From: the human T2T-CHM13v2.0 reference genome, Homo sapiens
Assembly: GCF_009914755.1 (NCBI RefSeq)
Contig: NC_060925.1
Reading direction: 5' to 3' (one strand)
DNA: 64,000 nucleotides
In this document: positions 14,273-28,756 of the stretch, in pieces
Layout: each line of letters begins with the position of its first letter
How positions within the stretch are numbered: the first letter of the stretch is position 1
Notes under the pieces: generated by a model
Told to the model about the DNA's origin: nothing
The model's input: only the letters and a program-made list of their open reading frames with translations
Databases searched by the model: none
Translations under genes and position numbers: made by a program

Positions 14273-15134
14273 TTAAATAAGTGATATCACAACATGTTCC
14301 TCTGCTGACAGGAATGACCCAATAGATGGTGTCTTAATCAGTTTTATGTTACTATAACAGAATACCTGAAACTGGGTAATTTTAAAAGAAAAGAGGTTTG
14401 TTTAGCTTATGGGTCTGCAGGCTGGGAAGTCCAAGTTTGGGCAGCTCATCCAGTGAGGGCACCATGCTTCTTCAAGTCATGGAGCAAGAAAGGGGGAAGC
14501 TGAGAATGCACAAAGGAACTGTAAGCCAGAAATAAAATTATACATCCCTCACTGACTAAATGGACCCCCCTCTTGGCCAAGGGGACCTGAAAGAAACCTG
14601 AAAAACTAGTTCAGACCATAATGGGAAGGAGAGGTAGGACAGGCCTCATTATACCCTACTCCTTTTGGAGTTTAGGCACAACTGGACAGCATTAATATTA
14701 AAATAGAGATCACAAGACTGAAAAACAGACTCATTGCAGCAATAAGATACCAAATTCCAACCTGACTCTGGAATAGCATCACATGACAGATTGTTAACCC
14801 TGAAGGAAATCGAAATATTTTACCCCAAAATACAGTCTTTTGACATATTTTGAAATGGCCCTGCAAAGCTGTCTCTTGTGGGGGAAAATTTGCATTCTGT
14901 AGAGAATCCCCTCCCCTTACCCAGTCTATTCTGGAGAACCCAACACCTTTTAAGATCCAATAAGAGACATTTACCATCTATTCTCTCTGAAGCCTGGAGG
15001 CTTCATCCATATGACAAGAATCTTCGCTTCTACAACCCCCCCATCTTAACTCAAGCATTTCTTTTTGCTAACTTCAACTCTTCAGGCAAAGCCTCTTTCA
15101 ACCAGTCACCAATTAGGAAATTTTTGAATCCACC

Positions 15135-17715
<2,581 letters not shown>

Positions 17716-18178
17716 CCACCTAAGACCTGGAAGCCCCCGTCACTTTGAGAAGTCCTGCCTTTGTGGGCTGAACCAAGGTATATCTTCCATGCATTGACTT
17801 ATGTCTTTGCCTATAGCTTCTGTCTCCCTAAAATATATAAAACCAAGCTGTAACCCAACCTCGGGCACATGTTCTCAGGGCCTCCTGAGGCTGTGTCACA
17901 GGCCGTGGTCCTTAACCTTGGAAAAACTAACCGCTAAATTAATCTGACCTGTCTCAGATACTTTTTGGTTTACTCTGTTAAATCTTCTCTCTTCCTGCCA
18001 GAGTGAGAACTCATTCACTCCGTTGAACATCATGAATCTTTCATGAAGGTGGATACCTCAAGACCCAAACTTCTCTCAACACAATCACATTGTCAAGGAC
18101 AAGTCACATCCAAACCATAGCAGATGAGAAATTATATTCATGGGACTATTACTCTTCTATAACTTCTACAAGACAACT

Positions 18179-18884
18179 TGTTACAGTAGGTAGCTAGTCA
18201 AGCATTAGCAGGGCAGGACAGGGCTCCCCCAACCCACCAGGAATATCAGGCAACCATCAGGTGATAGTCTGGCAGTTGGCACCCTGCCTCTCTAAAATGA
18301 TAATTGGCAAGCCCACTTGCCTAATTCCTGAGATCTTATTGGAAGCTGCCAATTACCAATTTCATGTATTTCATCTATTGACAAACTGCCTCTCCCTGGT
18401 GCTGGCTGCGACCAGAGCATGTACATTAAGAGGCAAAATGGTAGAGTATGAACTTCCAAGGGCATTCCACCGGAAAGGGGAAGAAAGCCTCAGGTGAGCC
18501 TGCATACAACTCCAGTAAACACACCATGCATGCTCACCTACCAAGCACAAGCAGGGCACCACTCTTGCTGGCAGCTCACCCTAAGGGAAGAATGAAGGGA
18601 AAGGGGAGCAAGATGCCTGAAGTAGGCCAGTATATAAAATCCTAGGTTCAACGTTAAACCAAGCACTTGACCTCCAAGATGCCCACTTGGGTCTCTTCCA
18701 AGTATACTTCCCTGCTCTAAAGCTTTTTGATAAACTTCAACTCCTACTCTGAAACTTGCTTTGGTCTCTTTTTTCTGCCTATGTCCTTCTGTCAAATTCT
18801 TTCTTCTGAGGAGGCAAGAATTGAGGTTGCTGCAGACCCATATGCATTTGCTGCCAGTAACTGGGATATTTGCCACTGCTAACA
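18179..18884 (+). mobile_element. Solo ERV1 LTR, MER50-like
   Basis: tgttacagtaggtagctagtc start and taaca end. Perfect TSD AACT (18175-18178 / 18885-18888). TATA-like tatataaaa at ~18631. Confidence 0.85.
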
Positions 18885-19479
18885 AACTGTTAACATATAC
18901 TTAAAATTTTTCCAGATCAAAATTATTTTACCATGCTTGAGGTTTAGAACTTTAGGGATTCCACCAAACATGTACTGATCTAAAATTACTTATGAAGAAA
19001 AGTCTGACTTTGTCTACAGATGCCTTTTTATCCAGGCCACTTAATTTTTGTAATTTTGTAGTTAGATATCAACTCTTCCTCCGCTGAAGTGGATTCCAAA
19101 GCACTTAGAATCTTCCGGTGGGCAATATAAGACACCAGCATTTCGCTCTCTCATTAGAGAAGTGTCTCCTTTCTAGCTCCTAGCAAAAGCTAGGCTGGGA
19201 ACAATGACATTTAGAGAAGACTAAACAACAAGTAAGCACCCATTTACTCCTCCAAAATCTCTAAATTCATTCCTTCAGTGAAAGTTTGGACACCTAATGG
19301 ATAAATATTACATTTAATATATTTATCACCTTACTTAGTTATCTTCACTGAGCCACAAGTTGATGTCATTCCCTCAGCTTTTCCTAAGAAACAACCATTT
19401 TCATCAGTTATATGTGTTTGATGAAAATTTCAAGTGATTTTCATTCTCTTCCATGAGTAAAAGAATTTTTTTCTAATAA

Positions 19480-21032
19480 GAGAAGCAGTTTCCAGTCCAA
19501 GCATATAAAGAGCTTAGAAGTAGTAACTCCCATCCTCACAAGAAAAAATGCTGAACAAACTGAAAATTAACATTTTTTTTTAGATCCATCAGAAAATGGA
19601 GGTCGCAGGGCAAGTTGCCACCTCAACAAATGGAGAGATGGGGGATATAGAGAATCATGGCTTACAGGTGCAGAAGCCACTGCTGGAGCCTGTATGGTAG
19701 GAACACTTGTCAGAGGCTCAATGTGGACCCGCAGGCAAGGTAACCTCTCCCCACCAGGGGAGGGGCAGTTGTAGTGGAGCCCCCACATATTCAGAAGTTT
19801 TACCCCCAGAAGCTCCATCAGGTTCTCAGGGTTAAAATCAGAGAATGTTCCCCTAATGCTTCTGGCAAGGAGAACGGGACATCTAACCCTTTTGAAACAA
19901 TCCCAGAGCATTCTGTTCTCAACTACAGCCTGCCCTCAAGGGAAACTATTTTATCAGAGCCTAACCAACATGGGTTTTACCAGAGTCTACCAGACCTGGG
20001 GAAGGGAAATGCCAAAATCCAGCCCGCTCTTCCTGTCTCACTTAGTGGGGAATGGGAGGAAGCTGAGAAGCCCTTGTGAAGGTCCCAGCCCAGGGACACA
20101 GGCTCACTAAGACTGAGACCTAATCTTAGGATCAAAGAATGCTTCTTCTCCCTCCAAATCCTACCACCATGTCAATCAGGCACCTGTCTAGTAACAGCGG
20201 CTTACAGATAAAAGAAATGCAAGCCTCAGACTGTATTTAGGAAAGAGTCTACAGAAATCCAAAGACGGCAGTGCAGACAAAAACACAGGCATGAGAGGAA
20301 ATTTTAGACTCCCAACACTACAAGCACAGCAAACAATAAACCCAGCCTAACTCCCAGCCACATATACATGAAACCTCACACTGAAGGCCTATTCATCTCA
20401 GTTCCTTTTACCTAATAGATCTAGTCTGGTTTTCAACAAAAAAAATTACAAGGCATGGTAAAGGGCAAAAACAAAAACACACAGTTTGAAAAGATAAAGC
20501 AAGCATTAGAACCAGATTCAGACATGGCAGATAGTTGGGAATTATGAAAATTGAGATTTAAAATAACTATGATTAATATGCTTAGAGATCTAATGGAAAA
20601 AGTAAACAACAAAGAAGAACAAATGGGTAATGTCAGCAGAGAGATGGAAGTTGGAAGAAAGAGGAAATTCTAGAAATAAAAACTATCATAACAGAAATAA
20701 CGAATGTTTTAATGGGCTCATTAGTGGACTGGACACAGCCAAGGAAAGAATCAGTGAACTTGAAGATATGTCAAAAGAAACTTCCCAAACTGAAAATTAA
20801 AAAAAAAAAAAAACAGAAAAGAAAAAAATACCAGAACTATGGGAAAATTACAAAAGGTATAATACACACATAATGGAAATACCAGAAGGAGAAGACAGAA
20901 AGAGAGAAACAGAAAAAAATAGCTGAGAATTTCCCATAATTAGCAATTGACACCAAACCAAACAGATCCAGGAAACTCAGAGAACACCAAGCAGAATAAA
21001 TATCAAAAAGTTTACACCTAGAAATATCATAC
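19480..21032 (+). mobile_element. Old L1M 5'UTR/ORF1 fragment
   Basis: A-rich ORF1-like motifs (gaaagaatcagtgaacttgaagata; caggaaactcagagaacaccaagcagaataaat). Boundaries approximate. Confidence 0.7.
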
Positions 21033-21033
21033 C

Positions 21034-21380
21034 TGTGATGGCTAATTTTATATGTCAACGTGACTAGGCTAAGAGATGCTCAGATAGCTGGTAAAACATT
21101 ATTTATGGGTGTTCCTGTGAGGGTATTTCTGGAAGAGATTAGTATTTGAATTCGCCCTCACCAACATAGGCAGGTATCACCCAATCCACTAAGGGTCTGA
21201 ACAGAACAAAAAGTTTTTATTGAGCTGGGTGTCCATCTTCTCTTGCCCTCAGACACTGGAGCTCCTGGTTCTCAGGCCTTCACACTCAGGTTGAATTATA
21301 ACACCCAGCTTTCCTGCCTCTCCAAATTGCAGACAGCACACTATGAGACTCAGCCTCCATAATCACATGAGCCAATTCCC
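21034..21380. mobile_element. MLT2-type (ERVL) LTR fragment
   Basis: tgtgatggctaattttatatgtcaac...cataatcacatgagccaattcc. Confidence 0.7.
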
Positions 21381-21526
21381 TTCTTCTTCTTTCTTCTTCT
21401 TCCTTCCTTCCTCCTTCTTCTTCTTCTGCTTCTGCTTCTTCTCCTTCTCCTCCTTCTCCTTCTTCTCTCTCTCTCCCTCCCTTCCTCCCTCCCTCCTTCC
21501 TCCCCTCCCTCCCTCTACTCCCCTTC
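21381..21526. repeat. Polypyrimidine (TTC/TCC)n low-complexity tract
   Basis: Directly visible; ~145 bp almost purely C/T. Confidence 0.95.
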
Positions 21527-22064
21527 TATATAGAGATAACACACACATTTTCCAAACTTCTCTCATACAGGTGTGACCATGTAACTGATCCCAACCAATG
21601 GAATGTGAATAAAAGAGACATGTGTCACTGTAGGGGCAAGAAAAGGTTGTGCCTTCTTTGTTTTCTCTCCCCTTCACTCTGGCAGATGGAGAAAACCACA
21701 GGCCCCAGGTGGCGACAAAGCCAAAAGACAGAAGGAACACGGATCCTAAATCACGGCATCAGGAGTCACCTGTGGCAGAAACACGCTGGACTATTACATC
21801 AACCACACTTCTGTTGTGTTTGTGCCTTTATGCATTTGGGGTCTGTTTGTTACAGTAGCTATAATAGTATGACCCTAAGTGTTATAATTCCCTTTCCTCT
21901 TCTAAAGAAACCACTGAGTGTTCCTTAACTCTCTGAGGTGCTCTAACAACACACCTCCTCTCCAAGAACTTCTAAGTCCTTCCAAGGAACTGACCAGAGC
22001 AGGATTTTCCTTACCATTTTATCAAGATGTCCCAGGAATAACTTCTGGCTTTATTGGGTAATAT

Positions 22065-22186
22065 TTTTGAAAACAGATAGGGTCTCACTATGTTGCTCAG
22101 GCTGGTTTTGAACTCCTGGCCTCAAGCAATCCTCCTACAGCCTCCTGAGTAGCTGGGATTACAGATACAAGCCAGCATGCCTGGCT
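22065..22186 (-). mobile_element. Alu monomer (FLAM-like)
   Basis: Single-arm Alu sequence. Confidence 0.75.
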
Positions 22187-23594
22187 TCTTATGGGGTAAT
22201 TTCTAGGGCTAGGGCTCATATCTTGCTCTTCCTCTGAAGTGCCAGAATCCCAGGAAAGAGAAAGATACAGTCAGCAGTGATGCTCCTTCCCCATTTGGTT
22301 CTCTCCTCCTTTCCTCCCCATCTAGGATTTCCTTGTCCACATACCTGAGGATATGTACCACAAAATGGTCAATTCTCCTTCTCCTGCTTCAGAGCAACTC
22401 CTTGAGGGCCAAGACTGGGAGCCCTAAGGCCAAGGTTGCCTCTTGTCATCATCTCAATAAGCTACACCCTTAAAATTGCTCTATAACAAGGCACCCCAGA
22501 ACTCAGTAGCTTAAAACAACAATAATCTCTTCTAATGGTCACTGGTCTTCATATTAGCAAGGATAGCTCTGTAACACATGCCTCCTTCTGATGCCTAAGT
22601 TGGAGGGGCAGTGACTACTTAAGCATGCTTTTGTCATAGCAGAGATCAAAAGCTCCCAGAGGTGCAAAGAGAAACTTCTGAGGCCTCTTAGGACTCAGGA
22701 CTCACACACAGTCACTTCCTCCCACATTCCATTGGCTGAAGCTCACCATAGAAGCAGGCCAAGTGAAGGTGCATTGAAGTACATTCTGCACATGACACTT
22801 CAGCAAAGGTGTGGCTTATAACACTACCACAGGGACACAAAGTACCAAGACTATTACTTCAGTCTACAGCGGTCCCCGAGGAACAGACGTATGTGGGCCC
22901 GTGGCTATATTGACCTGGCCATGGGGCCTCTGCTGAAGGAAATCAGAAATGTGTATTCACCAGGGAACACTACAGTTAGAAATGAGTATTTTGTAAAATT
23001 TGAGGCTCTTTGGAATTCCTATAGTTTGGGTACTATAATAATTCAATAGGAGGAAGGATGAAGTCAGACCAACAGCATCATTAAAGAACTATTATGTTGA
23101 TTAAATGGATGTTCGGCTGATATTAGCCACCAACTAAGAGAAACTCATCCTATTGAATTACCAGAGTAATGCACTGTCTCAAAGACTGGCTTCAATCACT
23201 CCCCATTCAGACTCAGATAAAGTCTTATGGAGAATGGGAACAATAACAGAGCTGAGAGAATGTTAGGACAATATATGGTTCAACTCTCTTTTTGCAGATG
23301 AAACACCAGCAAAGAGAAGCACAATGACTTAGAAAACCACTTAAACATGAGTCTGTAGTGTATTGTGCCTAGGCCAGCACGTTGCTCCTAGAGTAAGTCT
23401 TGTTAGCAATTACAGACCCGTAAAAAGGTGGATCCTCTAAGATCCTCTAACAGTAATTGAGATCATGGGGCTGTGGGCTCAAAGTCAAGAATTCGGGTGG
23501 GTCACTCTTAATTTCTTCCCAGGGACACCTAATCCAAGCCCATGAGAACATTAGGGCTCTCAGAGACTAAAACTCTAACATAGTAGGGTTTTTC

Positions 23595-23630
23595 GTGTGT
23601 GTGTGTCTGTGTGTGTGTGTGTGTGTGTGT
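23595..23630. repeat. (GT)n microsatellite
   Basis: Directly visible, one interruption. Confidence 0.95.
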
Positions 23631-24115
23631 CTATCTCAAAACTGTATTATTTTCTAAGATGCTGGGGTGCCAGCAACATCCCTATTACTCTTCTCCCTTC
23701 CTAATGTCCTCCTCACTTTCTGTTTGAATCTGCCATTTCCTCAGAAAAATTAAGAGGGCAATGTCAATCAATTCAAACTAAGATGTCACTCCTGTTCTAC
23801 AAATACTTACTTTTACACAAAAATAATTGTTCATTAAAACAAAAAAGTAAATTCTAGCCTCCCTCCCAATATTTGAACGATCTTTTCCACCCACAGATTA
23901 GATCTTCTACGGTCTTGGGTTGTCACCGTGATTGCACTTCCAAGATGTGTACGTTATGTCATGCTACATTTTACGTGTTAAGAGCACAGTGCACAGTGAC
24001 CTCTCCCATGACTGAGAGAAGTAAAATTCACATGTAAGTAGTAGTGGCCACAAAAACTTGGAAAGACAGGTCTTTTCCAACAGATATTCAGGTCTCAGAG
24101 ACAATCTGAAGAGTT

Positions 24116-24603
24116 TGACGGACTCTTTCCTTGACCAAAGTTTAATCAGGCTTAAGTCCTCTTCTTCAGCAGGCCTCCACCCTGGTCCCCTGACCACTCA
24201 CCCCGAACCTTTGGCCTGCCCAGCTCTATTTTAGCAAGAACCCTGCTAAGTTAGGTTAGAGAGAAATCACCACCCTTGATATCTGATCACCCTGGATATC
24301 TGATCAAATTTCTCATTCCCCCACCCTTGATATCTGATCGCCCTAGCCTGCCTTCAGCAAGAATCCTGTTAAGTGGGTTCAGCAAGAATCCCTCTAGGTG
24401 CTTGATGTCTCGTATCAGTAACTTTCCATCTACTGACCCCTTCGTTCTGCTCCTTGGCTATACATCCCCAGCTGTCCTTACTGTATTCCGTGTTAGACCT
24501 CATCTCTCCCCCCAGTGTGATCATCTTTACACCTATAGCAATAACCCTGTATAAAGTCTTCCTTACTGTTTTAACAAGTGTCAGAATAATTTTTTCTTCA
24601 ACA
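24116..24603 (+). mobile_element. Solo ERV1 LTR, MER31-like
   Basis: TG...CA ends. Perfect TSD AGTT (24112-24115 / 24604-24607). Start actctttccttgaccaaagtttaatcaggc matches recalled MER31. Confidence 0.75.
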
Positions 24604-24939
24604 AGTTCTCAACAAAAACCCATACCCAGAATCTTTTTCTGGAATGAAAAGGGCTTCAGGGCTTCTCAGGTCACTTTTGTTGTATTGCCCACAGAGCTGA
24701 GAGTAAACAACTCCTTTGGACGTTTTGGAGAAGAAAGGTCCTTCTATACACCCACTTCATCCAAGGAATTACATGCTTGGGATATTAAGCAACAGCTACA
24801 AAAATCAGGAAGTTCCTTCTCCATGTATATGACGAAGTTCTGGACAGGAGCCTGCTGCCAGAATACGAATACTCTTCCCCAAAGACCCCTCCTCATGCCC
24901 CTACACGCTCTTGCCGGTCTAGCCTTTCATTGCCTGAAG

Positions 24940-25900
24940 CACGGCGAGAACGCCTGGAGAGCTCGTCCAAGCAAGTGCAACCCGCTGGTGACTGCAAATG
25001 AGCACATGGAACTGTGCGCCCACGCTACGCTCGGTTAAAATCAATCTGGGCTCTTCCTGCCTCGTCCACGCCGAGGTCACACGCAGCACTGGAAGCGGCC
25101 TGCATCGGGCGGGGCGGGGAAGGCCGAGGGCACGGCTACCCAGGCCCGCCAGGGACTGCCCGGACCGGCCGGAAGCCGCGCCTAGAGGAGGGCCCCGGAG
25201 CTCGCGCGGGCGCCGTCCCCCGGCGCCGCCGAGGCCTGCTGACATCAGCCGCGCTCCTCCCCTCGCCTCCCAACACCCTCAGCTCCGGGCCGGACCCTCC
25301 CTCCTCCCACCACGTGTCCTCCCCGCTCCCTCCCGAGGGGCCGCGCGCACGGGAGGACGGAGAGGCGGAAAGGATGGCGCTGTGACAGCCGGGCCGGAGC
25401 CCTCGCGTCCCCACCCCGCGCCCTGGCCGCTGGGCCCGGCGGTGAGTGCGCGCGGGCGGGGGCGGCGGCGGCGCGGCCCCTCCCCCGGGTCCCGGGCGGC
25501 TGGGCCGCGGCAGAGGCGGGGGCGCCGAGGCTGCGCCGCCGCCGCCGCCTTTGTTGCGGGCCCGCCGGGGAGGCGGGCGGCGCCGGCTCTCGCCGCCCGG
25601 CAGGTGCGCTGGGGCCGGGAGGGGGCCAGGTGGGGAGGCGGGCCGGGCGGAGGGGGCAGCGGAAGCGCTCCCGGCGCGGTTCCGCGGAGAAAGGGAAATG
25701 GGGCAAGATGGCTGGAGAAATCCGAACGCGCCCGGGGGCGCGGCGGCGGTGGCGCAGGCGGGGCAGGGCGGGCGGCGGCCCTGGTTGCGGCACCTTAGCG
25801 CGGGGAGGCGGCCCCTCCCACCTCTGCCCCGGAGCCGGCAGGGAGACCGCCGCCAAGTTCGGGCCCCAGCTGCAGGCATCTGAAGCCTAGACCCATCCAT
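24940..25900 (+). promoter_or_regulatory. POGK: CpG island / POGK promoter and non-coding first exon(s)
   Basis: Very high GC and CpG content, GC boxes, ETS cggaag motifs, YY1-like ggatggcg/aagatggc. Splice donors GCG|GTGAGT (25441/2) and CAG|GTGCGC (25603/4). Confidence 0.88.
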
Positions 25901-26790
25901 GCCGCGTTCGCCTATCTTTTTTGGAAATATCGAAGGAACCGACTTTGAACTCCAGAGGGATCTTTTCTTTGGAGGTTCCCCGATGCAGCCCTCAAGATGC
26001 ATCCGCACTCCACACCTAGGAATTGCCCGCGCCCATAGAGGGCAGGAGTGCGGCCCTTTGTACTGGCCAAGAGTCAGCGAATAGAGAATTTGCAGCCCAG
26101 AGGCAATGGGTTATTTCCCTGTCGGGGTGGGCCCCAGCCGATTTCTGCACCTTTTTGGGTATCCAGGCATAACCCTCACTATGTTTCACTGACTCCTGGG
26201 TTTGCAAAGTCCCTTAAGGTAGAATGACCCTATTTTCTGAACCAGCTCGTGGACAGAACCTTTGAATTTGGAAAATCCAGGCAATGGGCCTACTGAGCCA
26301 ACCGCTCCGCCCATGCTTAACTGGCTTCTAGCACCCATTCCAGTTGAGTAAGTGTCCAATCTGTGTTCAGACACCTTCACTGATAGGAAATCAGCACCTT
26401 TCCCCTGCCTCTGATTCCTGTTTGGGTGGCACTGGCTGTGAGAAAGTACTGCCTTTCTCACTGCTTAAAACCTTTTCCAGGAGTATTTATCCACTGGCCG
26501 GCCTCTGTTCTGCCGTCCAGTCTCTACAAACCAGTCTGGGTTCTCTTCCCCAGATAGCTTTTTAAATATTTGAAGGCAGCCAGATACGTTATCTACCCAC
26601 AGCCTCTCTTATCATAATTAAACATGTCACCCTGTAGCTTCCTGGCCGACTCTTGTTTCCTTACTTCCCTCCAGCGGGAACAGTGCTTGGGGCTAAAGAG
26701 GTTTGTATGTGGCTCAGCCTCCCCCATCATAGGCTTTGGGGAGGTCACAGTGACACCTGGTTTTTCTGAACCTGAATCTTGCTTGCAGAG

Positions 26791-26922
26791 ATGGAGTCCA
26801 CAGCCTACCCTCTCAATTTGAGCCTGAAAGAAGAGGAAGAGGAAGAAGAGATTCAGAGCCGGGAACTAGAGGACGGCCCGGCAGACATGCAGAAAGTACG
26901 AATCTGCTCTGAGGGCGGATGG
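26791..26922 (+). CDS. POGK: POGK first coding exon (aa 1-44)
   Basis: Acceptor ttgcag| at 26788, ATG at 26791. MESTAYPLNLSLKEEEEEEEIQSRELEDGPADMQKVRICSEGGW. Donor gtaagt at 26923. 132 nt. Confidence 0.95.
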
Positions 26923-28459
26923 GTAAGTAAGAAGGTGTGGAGTCCACACAGCCAGCAGATGCAGGCCTGAGAGCCCAGCTTGCTTTAAGTCTCCTCCTCA
27001 GACAGACGTGGGAAGTAAAAATAGCCCAGCCCGGTGTGTTTGCATTCCTGAGAAAACAGCTCTGTGGCTTTAAAAGGCAGTGCAAAGAATGGAGGAGGTG
27101 TTATGGAAACAGTCCCTCAGCCATGTAGCTTGTCATCGTTCAATTGGAAGTCCTAGAAGCCAGGACCTTGTCTCTCTCGTTCACCCACTTATCCTGCACT
27201 GCGTTTGATGCCAGGCACATTGTAGGCACCAAGTAAATGTTTGTTGACTTACTGCTGGTTGAAGGGAACCATTTTAAATAAGACTCGAGTCATTGGGTTG
27301 ACATGAGAGGTTAGGCTAGTTGGTTCTGTGTGAGCACCTCTTACCACAGTTGACACAGGAGAGCTGCCTGTCCAGCTGACCTGGATAGAAATGGTGGGCA
27401 GCAGGGAATACAGAGATTCAGGGTATACACGCAGAATAGTATGATAGAGGTCGGTTTATACAAATGCAAATGCAGTAGATACTTATAGTTACAGATAGTT
27501 ATTCACCGTAGTTACTGGACTTCGTGGTAATTAGGCATGAATAGTAAACATTTTAAATAAGCAACAAATTGACATTCCTTTTCTCTGCTTATTTTCCGTT
27601 GTGTATAAACATTGTCAGTATACATAGTATCCTTTGCTTCCATGAAGAGCCCCTATCCATACAAGCATGGTACTTCTAAATTGTTCCCTACCAGAGGAGA
27701 GAACTGGGATGCAGAAAGATTATCTGCCTTGCCCTAAGGTTACACATGAACACTGACATTTGTTCTTCAAAACAGGTCTCCTGAGCTGCACCCTTAAAAG
27801 TAATGCATTTTACCATATGTATGCTATACCTTAATTTAAAAAAAAAAAAAACAGTGCAACCACAGGCTCTCAGTTTGCCAGTCTAGCTGTGGACACCGCG
27901 CTGCCTTTGTCTCATCAGTGTTCTTTGCCCACCACATCCTTCTTCCCAATTCTGATCCAAGCAGGCGTCAGGTCTATTTAGCCTGGAACAAGAACTCAAG
28001 GCAGTCAAAACTCAGGGCTTTGAGGCTAGATTGGTCAACCCAGAACATCTAAATGGAGAGCCTTGGAGAACAGGTGCAATGAAAGTGAATGTTGGGACAG
28101 TGAGGAAGGAGCAAGATGAAGACCAACCATGCTTAGGTGGGAAAAGAAGGAAGTAACCAGAAGGGCTGGAGGAGGGAGTCCAGCAGCTGGTGGTGCTGGG
28201 GATTGGGCATTTGTGGCCTCCAGGCAATCAGCCATCCATCCACAGTTACCAAGCACAGTGCTGGGCGTAAAGAGAGACTCTTTTCCTGATGGAATTTCCA
28301 GTCTTGTGAGCAAGGCAGGAAAGTAAACATAAGTAATAGTAAGCACAGTGTGCAGAGTGCAGTGGTGGAAGTCTGCAAGGATGCACCAGGAGCCAAGATG
28401 AGGGGATGCCTCATTCAGGCTGAGAACTCCGGGGCTTCCTGGACAAGGCCTAATCTTGA

Positions 28460-28756
28460 GCAGTGAGCAATTTTGCCCCCACCCCTGGACATTTGGCAAC
28501 ATCTAGAAACACTACCCCCTTTCCCCACCCCTGGATATTTGGCAATATCTGGAAACACTTTTGTTGGTCTGACTTGGTGGGGGTGCGTTGGGGACTGGGA
28601 GATCCTCCTGGCATCTAGTGGATAGAAGCCAGGGGAGCTGCTAGATATCTACAGTGCACAGGATGCCCCCCCACCACCACACACACACACACATACACAC
28701 ACAACAAAGAGGTAACTGGCCCAAAATGTCAGTTGTGCTGAGGTTGAGAAACCCTG
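28460..28756. mobile_element. MER20-like hAT DNA transposon with internal duplication and (CA)n
   Basis: ggacatttggcaacatctagaaac...gaggttgagaaaccctg. Confidence 0.75.

Noticed and set aside
21363-21740. 125-aa Lys/Glu-rich ORF
   Set aside because: Translation of the polypyrimidine tract.
24998-26008. Long ORFs of 266, 290 and 203 aa on both strands
   Set aside because: Stop-poor GC-rich CpG island. Low-complexity Arg/Gly/Pro/Ala content, no domain.
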